The position numbers and the translations under genes are program-made. DNA of 64,000 nucleotides, from IMG/VR virus record IMGVR_UViG_3300027969_003844, positions 32,001-96,000 of that record; one strand, written 5' to 3'. The stretch's first letter is position 1, and the number at the start of each line of letters is the position of its first letter. Shown piece by piece: positions 28,142 through 37,561 of this stretch. The DNA is from a virus. The notes under the pieces are model-generated. The model saw nothing but the letters and a program-made list of their open reading frames with translations, was not told the origin of the DNA and made no database searches.

Positions 28142-28157
28142 TTTAGCCTCTAAAATT

Positions 28158-29390
28158 TTATATATCAAGTAATTTTGTGTAGTCTGTGCCATGCAGGCGA
28201 TCAAGACCCTGTAGGTAATCCAGTGTTTGTGGGTACAAGTGACTCCAGTCTTCCGAATTCATAAATGTAATTAATCCAGCAAGTCTTTGCATTTGTACGT
28301 TCTTGGGATAACTTGCAAAATATGTTTCTAGTTTTTCCGTTACACGTTTTTTCATTTCTATTGGCAATACCTTGACACAAAGATATTGTGGCCAATGCAA
28401 TGTACCTGGATAGAATATGCCACCAATATTACTTTTACGAACCTTGTCAAGATTTAGGTTTAATAACCATTCGGACATTTCTGGCAACCAATTTATATTC
28501 AATGCTTGAACAGTGCATAACACTTTGACAATGATATTGTCTGGAGTGTCATTGTATAATTTTAAATTACGTTCAACCACTTCCCACTTGGCCGGACGAC
28601 GAATGTAATCATTGACCCAATCGTAACCATCAATACTGAGCATTAGTTCTACTTGCTTAAAGCTTTTCCAAAGCTCAACAATTTCTGGATTGTGTATAGT
28701 ACAATTGGTATGGTAACGAAGTGTGATATTTTTAGCTAAATCACGTGCAACCAACTGTTCGATGATTGACTTGTGTTCTTTGATGTACAGTGGTTCGCCA
28801 CCACCAAAAATAATGTGTTGTATAGAGCTTGCATTTTCAAAGAAATCATCCCAAAATACTGGATCTTTATACCACTCAAACTGTTCGGCGGCATAGTTTT
28901 CAATTTTATATTTCCACTCATGTCTTGCGTCAGTTTCTAATGTTTCACTGAGTGTTTTTGCGTCCTTGACCCATTTGCTCGAGTCCTGTGGCCGACACAT
29001 TACACATTGTAGATTACATGTATTACCAAGTCGTAAATCTAGTGTAATCAAATCATGATCAACACGACCATTGCGGCGTGTACTATCAACTAGACCATCT
29101 AGGTACTCTGCATCCAAGTGCTTGTACCAGTATTGATTTTCGTTTTGCCTGTGACTTTTGATACCAGCAGATTCTTCTTTGTAACAAGTGGTACATGCAG
29201 GGAACTCACGTCCATTTAGCATTGCCAGTCTGGCTTCTGCAAAATGACTACTGTTCCAAATCTGTGACCAATTTGATTTATTTAGATTTAAGTTTGAGGC
29301 CTTGGCCACACAACATAACAATGCTGTACCATCATTATAAGTTGCCGCATGTATCCAAGGTAGAATACAAAAAGTTTTAGATTTATCCAT
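28158..29390 (-). CDS. radical SAM enzyme, N-terminal twitch/SPASM-like (CxxPW type)
   Basis: FCILPW..LCC..CTTC; LDLRLGNTCNLQCVMC; GGGEPL. Confidence 0.92.
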   Translation of the reverse strand: MDKSKTFCILPWIHAATYNDGTALLCCVAKASNLNLNKSNWSQIWNSSHFAEARLAMLNGREFPACTTCYKEESAGIKSHRQNENQYWYKHLDAEYLDGLVDSTRRNGRVDHDLITLDLRLGNTCNLQCVMCRPQDSSKWVKDAKTLSETLETDARHEWKYKIENYAAEQFEWYKDPVFWDDFFENASSIQHIIFGGGEPLYIKEHKSIIEQLVARDLAKNITLRYHTNCTIHNPEIVELWKSFKQVELMLSIDGYDWVNDYIRRPAKWEVVERNLKLYNDTPDNIIVKVLCTVQALNINWLPEMSEWLLNLNLDKVRKSNIGGIFYPGTLHWPQYLCVKVLPIEMKKRVTEKLETYFASYPKNVQMQRLAGLITFMNSEDWSHLYPQTLDYLQGLDRLHGTDYTKLLDI

Positions 29391-30681
29391 TGATCAATTC
29401 TGCTATTCTGCTATCAAGTACTGTGACATCTTGTTCCCTGCTTTTGTCCAGGCTTTTTGTATATGTGCGTAAACGTTGCAATTGTTCTTCCCAGTCATCG
29501 GCTCTTGGTTGTTGTAATAGACCAATTATACCATTAACACTATTACGGGTTAATTCATGTACATTCTTAGGCATCTGATTGTCTCGATAATCCATTAGTA
29601 ATTGACACGCTTTGGCTTTAAGATCGTCAGGTAATATGTTTACATTGAGATGATAAGGATGATAATTTATAAGCAGGTCAACAAAAATATCTTTATTGTG
29701 TTTTTTGTTGAGCTCGTCTACCCATAACAACGTTTCAACTAGATTAAAAACATTATAAACCTGCACCGTTGGAGTCACACCTAATTTGACATTTGATAGC
29801 TCTGCAATCTTCTCTACGTTTGCACTCAACTGACTCCACTTACTTGGCGCACGAATGTAATCATTTACAGCACCAATTCCGTCTAAGCTGGCATTAATAT
29901 TAATTTCATCAAATTGACTGATAATATCAAGAAACTTTTTATTAACGTTGGTACAGTTTGTATTAAAAAATAATAAAATATCTTTGCGACCTTGGTCAAT
30001 ACAAGATTGCATAAATTTAAAATTGTTGCCAATAAGTGTTGGCTCGCCTCCGGTCATATAGACTTTCTTTAATTCTGGAATTAATGCGATAATCTGGTCC
30101 CATAACACATCGCTTTCAAACCATTCCTGTTGATCCATGACTGATATAGGAAACTTTCCAAATGCTTTACGCCAAACTTGTCCGTATGCTGGGTCTGTTT
30201 CTGTAAGCTCTAAGTGTTCCTTGGCAATCTGACTAGAATTCCATGGGTTGCACATTCTACATTTGAGATTGCACAAGTTGCCTAATCGCAAATCCAAATA
30301 CACCAAATCAGAATTAACTACGCCACCGTGTATTTTTGCATAACGAACACGTTTGGCCAATTCTTCTTCGCCTAATCTCCAGGCCCATTCATTGTTTGCA
30401 TGTATTCTATTACTGTCTCGACCCGAATCTTCTTGAAGATAACAGACTTTACAACCTTCAATGTTATCACCATTGATCATTGCAGTACGAATATCACGCA
30501 TGTCTTGTCCGTTCCATGCATGTTCAATAAACTGATCCTGGATAGTAAAGAATTTACCATCCTCTTTTTTAAGTTTGTTGGCCGCGCCTTTCACCATGCA
30601 ACAATACCGTACAGTTGCATCTGTATTGACCATTAGGCTAACAAAAGGAATAGCGCAAAACGTTTTTGAAATTGGTTTCAT
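29383..30681 (-). CDS. radical SAM enzyme, N-terminal twitch/SPASM-like (CxxPF type)
   Basis: FCAIPF..YCC..CKVC; CNLKCRMC; TGGEPT. Confidence 0.92.
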   Translation of the reverse strand: MKPISKTFCAIPFVSLMVNTDATVRYCCMVKGAANKLKKEDGKFFTIQDQFIEHAWNGQDMRDIRTAMINGDNIEGCKVCYLQEDSGRDSNRIHANNEWAWRLGEEELAKRVRYAKIHGGVVNSDLVYLDLRLGNLCNLKCRMCNPWNSSQIAKEHLELTETDPAYGQVWRKAFGKFPISVMDQQEWFESDVLWDQIIALIPELKKVYMTGGEPTLIGNNFKFMQSCIDQGRKDILLFFNTNCTNVNKKFLDIISQFDEININASLDGIGAVNDYIRAPSKWSQLSANVEKIAELSNVKLGVTPTVQVYNVFNLVETLLWVDELNKKHNKDIFVDLLINYHPYHLNVNILPDDLKAKACQLLMDYRDNQMPKNVHELTRNSVNGIIGLLQQPRADDWEEQLQRLRTYTKSLDKSREQDVTVLDSRIAELING

Positions 30682-30753
30682 TAAACTAAGCTTTAAAGAT
30701 TTGTCTTTTACTTATCGACAAACTTTATTACGAGTTAGCCAGTAAGATGACAA

Positions 30754-32247
30754 TTATGATGTGCGCGAATCTTCAACAGCAATTTGGTCTTGCCATGTAT
30801 AATCAAGATTCTTGGTTACAATTACATTATTATCAAAATCAACAAGTTCAAGCTTGCAAACATCGTCGTACTCAAACAATTCACGCATGAAATTTTCAGG
30901 ATCCGGATCAGACCAATCATCGCGTACAATACGTGCCACTGGAATTTTTCCAATGCTGGTAAACTTACTGTCTGGATCAACGTTTCTTTCGCGTAACCAT
31001 GGGAACATTTTTCTGTTTAAATTGTCAATAAGTTGTGTTTGTAATGCATAACTGTGTTCATGCAAAAACGTAATATTGCATTCGCCACTTAGGTAGCGTA
31101 ACCCACTGATGTTCTCATCATGAATTTCTCCGTCTTTGTCATAATACGCTTCCAATGGAGTTTTGCCAAGTTGGCAATAGTGCAAGAGTACATCGCCAAA
31201 GAATTCATATTGTGTAAAATTATCAAAATCGCTTTCAACAAATTTATAACGCTTGACTGGCATAGCAGGCAAAAATACATGGGCATTCCAATACCCTTGT
31301 CCCAATGAGTTTTGTCTATTGCCTTCTATTTCATGACACAAGTTATTGAGCTGTCGAATTGCAAACATAATAGGTAATGGCGAATTGGTAAAGTATCTTG
31401 AAGGATTCCATACCTGCCCAATTAGTAATTCAAAATGATGATGGATCTCATTGAGAATTTGTTGATCTAGAGTGATAGAATCAAACACCTGTGTAATATT
31501 ATAATATGGACGAGTATCTTCATTGCTGCCATCAAAATACTCATTGATTTTACCAATGTACTTGTTTAACTCGTTACACAGGCCTGGAATGTTTCTGGCA
31601 ATTGAACTATCATCTCTATACGTCCAGTTCTGTAGCATAAAGTACTTTTCAAACTTGGCTTCGTCAACGCTTAGATAATCATTGTGACAACACCTGGCCC
31701 ACTTTTGTGCAATAAAAGAAGTATTAATTTTAAATCGTACTTTCTTTGTTGCGCCGGTATCAACTGCTCTAAAGGTCAACTGAAATTCATTGTATTTTGT
31801 ATTTTCGTATGCACTGCCAATGGCTTCGACAATTGCACCATCTGTGGTAATTTCCGTACTAAACAATCTAGTGCGTCGTACACGGTCAACATGTTCATAA
31901 TCTACCAACCAAAGAAAATTGTTGACATGACATTGAGATTCTAAATCATCAAAGAATTCTTGACTGTCGGCTATAAAGAAAGATTGATATATGCTGTTGC
32001 AGTATTTCCAAAATTCATCAAAGACCTGCCGTTCGTTGAAGTAATGAATTAAATTATCAACTTTGCCATCGGGATTTGCCAATGCTTCTTTAATAAAGTT
32101 AATTTCACTTTCAGCATCACATAGAAAAATTAAACGAGTGTTTGAATCTCGTTGTAGTGTTGCAAATGCTAATAGTCCAGGCAGAGACACACCATAAACA
32201 TAATAGTTCTCAACATAGGTTTCGGGATTTGTAAATTGTGTTTGCAT
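30754..32247 (-). CDS. hypothetical protein carrying the cluster's repeated unknown domain at its C-terminus
   Basis: QKW, QILNEIHHHF, LNNLCHEIE, FGDVLLHYCQLGK. Confidence 0.75.
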   Translation of the reverse strand: MQTQFTNPETYVENYYVYGVSLPGLLAFATLQRDSNTRLIFLCDAESEINFIKEALANPDGKVDNLIHYFNERQVFDEFWKYCNSIYQSFFIADSQEFFDDLESQCHVNNFLWLVDYEHVDRVRRTRLFSTEITTDGAIVEAIGSAYENTKYNEFQLTFRAVDTGATKKVRFKINTSFIAQKWARCCHNDYLSVDEAKFEKYFMLQNWTYRDDSSIARNIPGLCNELNKYIGKINEYFDGSNEDTRPYYNITQVFDSITLDQQILNEIHHHFELLIGQVWNPSRYFTNSPLPIMFAIRQLNNLCHEIEGNRQNSLGQGYWNAHVFLPAMPVKRYKFVESDFDNFTQYEFFGDVLLHYCQLGKTPLEAYYDKDGEIHDENISGLRYLSGECNITFLHEHSYALQTQLIDNLNRKMFPWLRERNVDPDSKFTSIGKIPVARIVRDDWSDPDPENFMRELFEYDDVCKLELVDFDNNVIVTKNLDYTWQDQIAVEDSRTS

Positions 32248-32248
32248 G

Positions 32249-32350
32249 TTAGTAAATGAAAGGATCCTGTTTTTTCAACTCTTTCAGACGCCTTTTGTAT
32301 CTGCGCTCGGCCTTGATTCTTTCAATGATGTTTTTAATAAAATTCCACAT
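32249..32350 (-). CDS. 33-aa basic peptide ending DPFIY
   Basis: MWNFIKNIIERIKAERRYKRRLKELKKQDPFIY; AGGA RBS and CTAAATA motif upstream. Confidence 0.65.
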   Translation of the reverse strand: MWNFIKNIIERIKAERRYKRRLKELKKQDPFIY

Positions 32351-32360
32351 TGTATATTTC

Positions 32361-33251
32361 CTATAATGAATATTTAGAAACAAAATAATTAAATGCATTG
32401 TCGGCTGCAATATCGTGTATATATTCCATGACATGGCCACCTGCACAGGCTACTGGTAATTTCTTATCTTGTTTTCCTGCAATATCTTCAAGGTCTATTA
32501 GATAATTAATATCCAATTCTTTAAAAAGCTGTTGAATTGACCAATTTATTGTTGATGGTGATTCCCTTGTTCCTGCTAGTTCAACTAGCCAGTCTGGTGC
32601 CGTTTCAGCAACCGATTTTGCAAAATACAAGTCAATTCCCTTGGCTTGGCAAAATGTTTTTAATAGTAGATTAGACATCAACCACTTGTGTAATCTTGCA
32701 TCTTCGTGTTCGTACATTATTGTGGTTTTGCGTATGGCATCAATTTGACTACTGTTGTATGATATTTCGTTGCTTAACAAAATAGAACTCCAATAATTGT
32801 GTGATTCTTCAAAGTATTGAATCCTATTAACACTGGTCGTTCCAACCAAGAAAATTATTTTTTTACCCTGTGTACGTCCATGTTTTGTTTCGTGCAGGTA
32901 TTGGTCAATGATTTCTCTAGTAATCCATTCTTGACTTGCACCACCACTTGCATGATTATGTACAGTACAGTTTACACCAGGACGGCTAGACAATCTCATT
33001 CCAATTTTAGCAGGATATGCCCTACTATAATTTTCAATGATTTGTTGTTGCTGTTGATCTGCTGTAAGTTTGATAGTATTTTTACGATTAACCCATGCCT
33101 TGACCAATGCAGGTCTATTAATTTTATGAGTGGTGCCTCGCCACTCGCTGAAAGTTATGTCATCATGATCAATTTTGGGGTAAAATAAATCATCAGACAA
33201 TTCTTCACCAGCAGTAAAACTATCACCACATGCAAAAATTACCATTTCCAT
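32361..33251 (-). CDS. SGNH/GDSL-like hydrolase or acyltransferase
   Basis: CGDSFTAG, NHASGGAS, C-terminal GGH. Confidence 0.7.
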   Translation of the reverse strand: MEMVIFACGDSFTAGEELSDDLFYPKIDHDDITFSEWRGTTHKINRPALVKAWVNRKNTIKLTADQQQQQIIENYSRAYPAKIGMRLSSRPGVNCTVHNHASGGASQEWITREIIDQYLHETKHGRTQGKKIIFLVGTTSVNRIQYFEESHNYWSSILLSNEISYNSSQIDAIRKTTIMYEHEDARLHKWLMSNLLLKTFCQAKGIDLYFAKSVAETAPDWLVELAGTRESPSTINWSIQQLFKELDINYLIDLEDIAGKQDKKLPVACAGGHVMEYIHDIAADNAFNYFVSKYSL

Positions 33252-33253
33252 AA

Positions 33254-33991
33254 TTACATTATTGCCTTTAAACTATCTAACACAATTTGATTAAAAGGAT
33301 CACGGGCGCCACCATGGCTAATCATGTGAATTCTAGGAGTATTGCTATTGTTCCATACACTGTGCAAGTTTCCAATATCTACCAAGCAGGCATTGCCTTC
33401 ATTCTTAAAAGGAACATAACCCTTGCCTTCCATTTTGAAATTACAGCCTTCTGGATTGTTCAATGCAACATTGATTGGTAGTAGAAAATGTTCGTTACGA
33501 TCCTTGTGCGGTTGAATATACCCTTGTGGGTCTAACCACATATAACGTAGTCTATGATATCTATGGTTAGGAAATATGTCACGAAAGTATCGTGTGGTTT
33601 CGGGACAACGTTCTGTTATCTCGCCACACCAATGGTAATTGATATCGTTGATTGTTTTACCCTTGTTGTCATCGTATGCTTCCCAGTGACCAGTTCTGTC
33701 CCAAGCTTCACCGTGTAAGCAAATACTTTTCCAACCGCGATTGGCATATTCGGGGTTTTCATCTGGATGTGTTCTGTGCATTTGAAATAGGTCTTGCATG
33801 GCAAATGCTTCGCGAAGCATGTCTGCGAAGGGAGCACCAGGAAGAATTAGTGGCAAGTAAGGCCAGCCACTTTTCATTATGATCCAATCAACTAGTTCAT
33901 GTTCATGCTCAAACTTTGGCAATTGAACAGTTTTAAAATCCATGGTCCATGGACTATCATTGAAAAATTCTACAATTGCTTTTGGTATCAT
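33254..33991 (-). CDS. 2OG-Fe(II) dioxygenase, Asp/Asn beta-hydroxylase (LpxO-like)
   Basis: RLRYMWLDPQGYIQPHKD...HSVWNNSNTPRIH (HxD...H...R). Confidence 0.85.
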   Translation of the reverse strand: MIPKAIVEFFNDSPWTMDFKTVQLPKFEHEHELVDWIIMKSGWPYLPLILPGAPFADMLREAFAMQDLFQMHRTHPDENPEYANRGWKSICLHGEAWDRTGHWEAYDDNKGKTINDINYHWCGEITERCPETTRYFRDIFPNHRYHRLRYMWLDPQGYIQPHKDRNEHFLLPINVALNNPEGCNFKMEGKGYVPFKNEGNACLVDIGNLHSVWNNSNTPRIHMISHGGARDPFNQIVLDSLKAIM

Positions 33992-35373
33992 TTTATTACA
34001 TTCCCTATATGTGTCCAACCTGGCGTCCCAGTGCTGGTTGTTCCACAAATTTGCAGGCTGGTGTTGTTTAATTTAAGTTCATTTATAAATGTATCGTACA
34101 CTGACTTTAACCATGCTGGTTTAAAGTGGCGAAGGCTTGCTTCTGTATAGAAACTGTTACTAAACCAAATTAAGTTATTACCTTGATGTTGATTCATGTC
34201 TGCAATTAATTCACTGCGCTCATAATACAGGTTAGTCTTCAGGAATCTATGCTCAAGGGCGCGGTATCGGTTCCATAAATCTAACCAAGCGGCTTCGCCA
34301 CCAAATACATCCATTGTTTTTTCCCATTGGTCAGTGTATTCTTTTTTCCCAAACCAAATTGGACTAAACGTTGGATCAACATGAGCAATATAATGTTGAA
34401 TAATATCCAAATAATTACGGCCGTCCCAATTCTTTAGTAACCATTCTTTAAATGCCAGTGCAGAATCACTGTAATCAAAATATATAACTCGTGTGGTTGA
34501 GTCCCACTTGCATTGATCTAAGAACTGAATTGGCTTGAAGCCTGCAGCCACACAATACAAATTGTCTAGCTTGGTCGATTTGTCATATGCAATATAATCG
34601 CGATTCATTGAATCAGTATTAAACACATAAACTGAGCCCTGAAAACCAGAAAAGTCTGTTATTCTTACGTAGTCGCGCTGATTAGGTTCAACTGGTTCTA
34701 TTGTAGAATTGCCATCTAAAATCTTTTCAAGATCAGTTCCTACTTCTGGATAGAAGTGCATTTTAAATTTTCTAAGCTCTTCGGAAAAATTACCAATGCT
34801 AAATCCATGTGATAGTAATGTACTAGCAAGATTCCAACCTTCTCTTACAGGGCCAGTGTATTGTCTTGTTTCAGTTGTAGGTAAAATATAAAATGGAGTA
34901 TATCCATCGTGAAAGTCTTCTGTACTACGATTTACCAATGGTAGTGTTACATTATCAACGTTTGTATGATTACCCCATGATGGGCTTCCAACATGCCTCC
35001 AATGGTTTAAATTGATCAATGCACATTGATTATGCAAGGAGTAAAATCCTTGCTCTTTATTCTCTGGATTATCTTCCAGTATGTGTGCTAGAACACTATA
35101 ATTATTATCTTCAGCATACTTAATCATGGCATCTACTAAAAATACATCATAGCTACGATAACCATATGCTACAATATAAAGATAGTCTCCATCTAGTGAT
35201 CTGGCCGCATCAATGATTGAATCTATTGTGTTGCCAACAATCAATTCATCGATTGGTATATTACGCATTGTCAATTGCATAGATACAGCAAAGTCGGTGA
35301 TAGCTCTGACATGGTCTTGATAACCCTGTGATCTATCATTGATCTGGTTTAAAAGTGCAAATTTAATTTTCAT
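33988..35373 (-). CDS. hypothetical protein, possible C-terminal SAM-binding Rossmann domain
   Basis: YCVAAGFKP...VIYFDYSDSAL; assignment tentative. Confidence 0.6.
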   Translation of the reverse strand: MKIKFALLNQINDRSQGYQDHVRAITDFAVSMQLTMRNIPIDELIVGNTIDSIIDAARSLDGDYLYIVAYGYRSYDVFLVDAMIKYAEDNNYSVLAHILEDNPENKEQGFYSLHNQCALINLNHWRHVGSPSWGNHTNVDNVTLPLVNRSTEDFHDGYTPFYILPTTETRQYTGPVREGWNLASTLLSHGFSIGNFSEELRKFKMHFYPEVGTDLEKILDGNSTIEPVEPNQRDYVRITDFSGFQGSVYVFNTDSMNRDYIAYDKSTKLDNLYCVAAGFKPIQFLDQCKWDSTTRVIYFDYSDSALAFKEWLLKNWDGRNYLDIIQHYIAHVDPTFSPIWFGKKEYTDQWEKTMDVFGGEAAWLDLWNRYRALEHRFLKTNLYYERSELIADMNQHQGNNLIWFSNSFYTEASLRHFKPAWLKSVYDTFINELKLNNTSLQICGTTSTGTPGWTHIGNVIK

Positions 35374-35376
35374 TGT

Positions 35377-36318
35377 TTACTCTATTAGTCTAACGGCAGA
35401 AACTTTGCCTAGCTCGAGAATTTCGTTTACTTCGGTGTACGTTACTTTATCTCTATTTACTAGCTGTCCCAGTAATGGTCTTGCCACTGCTTGATTTTCT
35501 GGCAATGACATATTTACGTACTCGTCTAGTTCATTATCATGTACCCATTTCTTTACTTCTTCTAAGTGCATTTTTGAAGCACCTGGGTATGGTTCTCTAT
35601 TTCTTTCTGAGAAACTCAGTACTACTTCATTGCTAATAGTACGTTGTGGTCTAATCATATTTTTCTTGACTAATTCAACATCGTTATCAACAAAGCAATG
35701 GTAAATGTTCTTTCCAACTGTATGATAGCCTAACAATAAGTCACCAAATGATACGTCATGTAAAAAGTATTCGTACAGCGACGGATCAGTGATTTCTTCT
35801 ACATGAGTTCCAGTAACAATACCCGCGGATGGACTTGCATGTAAAAAGAAACCTGCACTTATGTCACCACCGTAGTTGTCAATCATTGCTTCAAGGATGT
35901 GAATGTCAACATTTAATCTAATTAAAGGATCATAACCTACAATTAGTCCATCAAGTTCTTCTTCAAACCGATGAAATTCATAGTGTAAATAATTCAATAT
36001 CTGTCGATTGTCTCTGGTCTCATCAAACTCTTCTGGCATGTCAATGAAATCAACTTGAATGTATTCTCCAGAATTTGCTTCGTCTACTAACTTTTTCATG
36101 CCCTTCCAAATAGCTTTGATTTTTTCCTTGGTCGGCGCACTTGCTATCCACTGATTTTCAAAAATATGGCAATCAGGTTGAGCCATTACCCAACGTACAC
36201 GCTCTAGCCATTTTTCAGCAATGGGTGTGTCTGCAATTTGAAATCGTAATGTTTTTGTTACTTCACCGTCGGTAAAGTCGATTTCATAAAATTTATCTAA
36301 GAAGTTATATGTTGTCAT
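35377..36318 (-). CDS. stand-alone copy of the cluster's repeated unknown domain
   Basis: EKW, QILNYLHYEF, LNVDIHILE, FGDLLLGYHTVGK. Confidence 0.75.
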   Translation of the reverse strand: MTTYNFLDKFYEIDFTDGEVTKTLRFQIADTPIAEKWLERVRWVMAQPDCHIFENQWIASAPTKEKIKAIWKGMKKLVDEANSGEYIQVDFIDMPEEFDETRDNRQILNYLHYEFHRFEEELDGLIVGYDPLIRLNVDIHILEAMIDNYGGDISAGFFLHASPSAGIVTGTHVEEITDPSLYEYFLHDVSFGDLLLGYHTVGKNIYHCFVDNDVELVKKNMIRPQRTISNEVVLSFSERNREPYPGASKMHLEEVKKWVHDNELDEYVNMSLPENQAVARPLLGQLVNRDKVTYTEVNEILELGKVSAVRLIE

Positions 36319-37561
36319 TTAAGTATCCAAAAATAGCAATCTTGCTCATGTCCTTGTTTCTACGTTTTGCAAACTGCTCAAAGAAAGACAGGTAATCTTT
36401 TGCCAGCGGGACTTGATTAGGTGCTTCGCGAACGTCAAGTAATGTCAACAGTCTTTTGTAACGATCTGTTTCGTGACTGTTTAATTGAGGTAATATATCT
36501 AAAAACACTGTTTCATATTTGTTGTGGTAATAGTCAAGCAATTTTTGATCTAAAATCTTGAAGCTTTGGAACTCAGGGTAAGTTAAAAAGTTAAAGTCAA
36601 CTGACACAGGTGTACGCATGGTTTGTCGCAAATTGATTATATCTTCTAAGAAGTTATCAAAGTTTTGTAAACACATTGCACTGATTGTGGTCATTACAAA
36701 TATATGGTCAAGCCCGGCGTCGTCTAAGAATTTAATATTGTCAAGCCACTCTCGATAGTTCATTCCATCTCGCAGTATTTCTGCAACATGGTCAGCACTT
36801 TCGTTACTGGTGTATATAGAAACCTGTTTAATACCTTTGATTTTTTCTTTGAATCTTTCTAATACCAATGGCTTCTGACAGAGATTAGAATTAATTGCAA
36901 TTTTAACATTGGGATTCTTAGTACGAACCTTGTCTAACAAATCAAATGTTTGTTCGTGTAATAACGGCTCTCCACCAGTGATACGAATAATATCAATGTC
37001 GTCAACTACAGTATCAAACCAGGCCCAGAACAAGTCAAAGTCAACTGGAGTATCTTGGTATTGCTCTATTGGTCGTTGGTAATGTTTACGAGCATCTGTT
37101 GTAATGTTTTGATATACTCCGTTGTTTTTGATATCATTTGCCCATTGTGAACTAAAGTCTGCATTACAGTAAGAACAACCTAAATTGCAAGTCTTCTGAA
37201 ACGCTAGCTCTAGTACCTTAGGTTTAAAGTTAAAATTAGGATCTAAATACTCAGCTGGAGTTAGATGATCAGGATAGCTAACTGATTTGAATTCTCTGTC
37301 GCTAGTTAATCCTTGTGCTTCCAGCTTCCAGCAATAGCTACAAGGGTCTGGCTTTTCACCAGCAAGCATTGATTTTTGCTGAGTACGCTTCTCGTATGTA
37401 TTATAAAAAGTCTCAACAGTTGATCCAGTGCTGTGAAAAGGATTATGATGGCAACTGGCAATTTTACCACTATACAACCAAATTGTTGCTTCGTGAAACT
37501 TTGCCATGCAAAAGGTATTGCTGGTATTGGCCCATAAGTTTTCTAGTTGTATTTTTTGCAT
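36305..37561 (-). CDS. radical SAM enzyme (CxAK/SCHH N-terminal type)
   Basis: FCMAKF..SCHH..CSYCW; CNLGCSYC; TGGEPL. Confidence 0.92.
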   Translation of the reverse strand: MQKIQLENLWANTSNTFCMAKFHEATIWLYSGKIASCHHNPFHSTGSTVETFYNTYEKRTQQKSMLAGEKPDPCSYCWKLEAQGLTSDREFKSVSYPDHLTPAEYLDPNFNFKPKVLELAFQKTCNLGCSYCNADFSSQWANDIKNNGVYQNITTDARKHYQRPIEQYQDTPVDFDLFWAWFDTVVDDIDIIRITGGEPLLHEQTFDLLDKVRTKNPNVKIAINSNLCQKPLVLERFKEKIKGIKQVSIYTSNESADHVAEILRDGMNYREWLDNIKFLDDAGLDHIFVMTTISAMCLQNFDNFLEDIINLRQTMRTPVSVDFNFLTYPEFQSFKILDQKLLDYYHNKYETVFLDILPQLNSHETDRYKRLLTLLDVREAPNQVPLAKDYLSFFEQFAKRRNKDMSKIAIFGYLNDNI

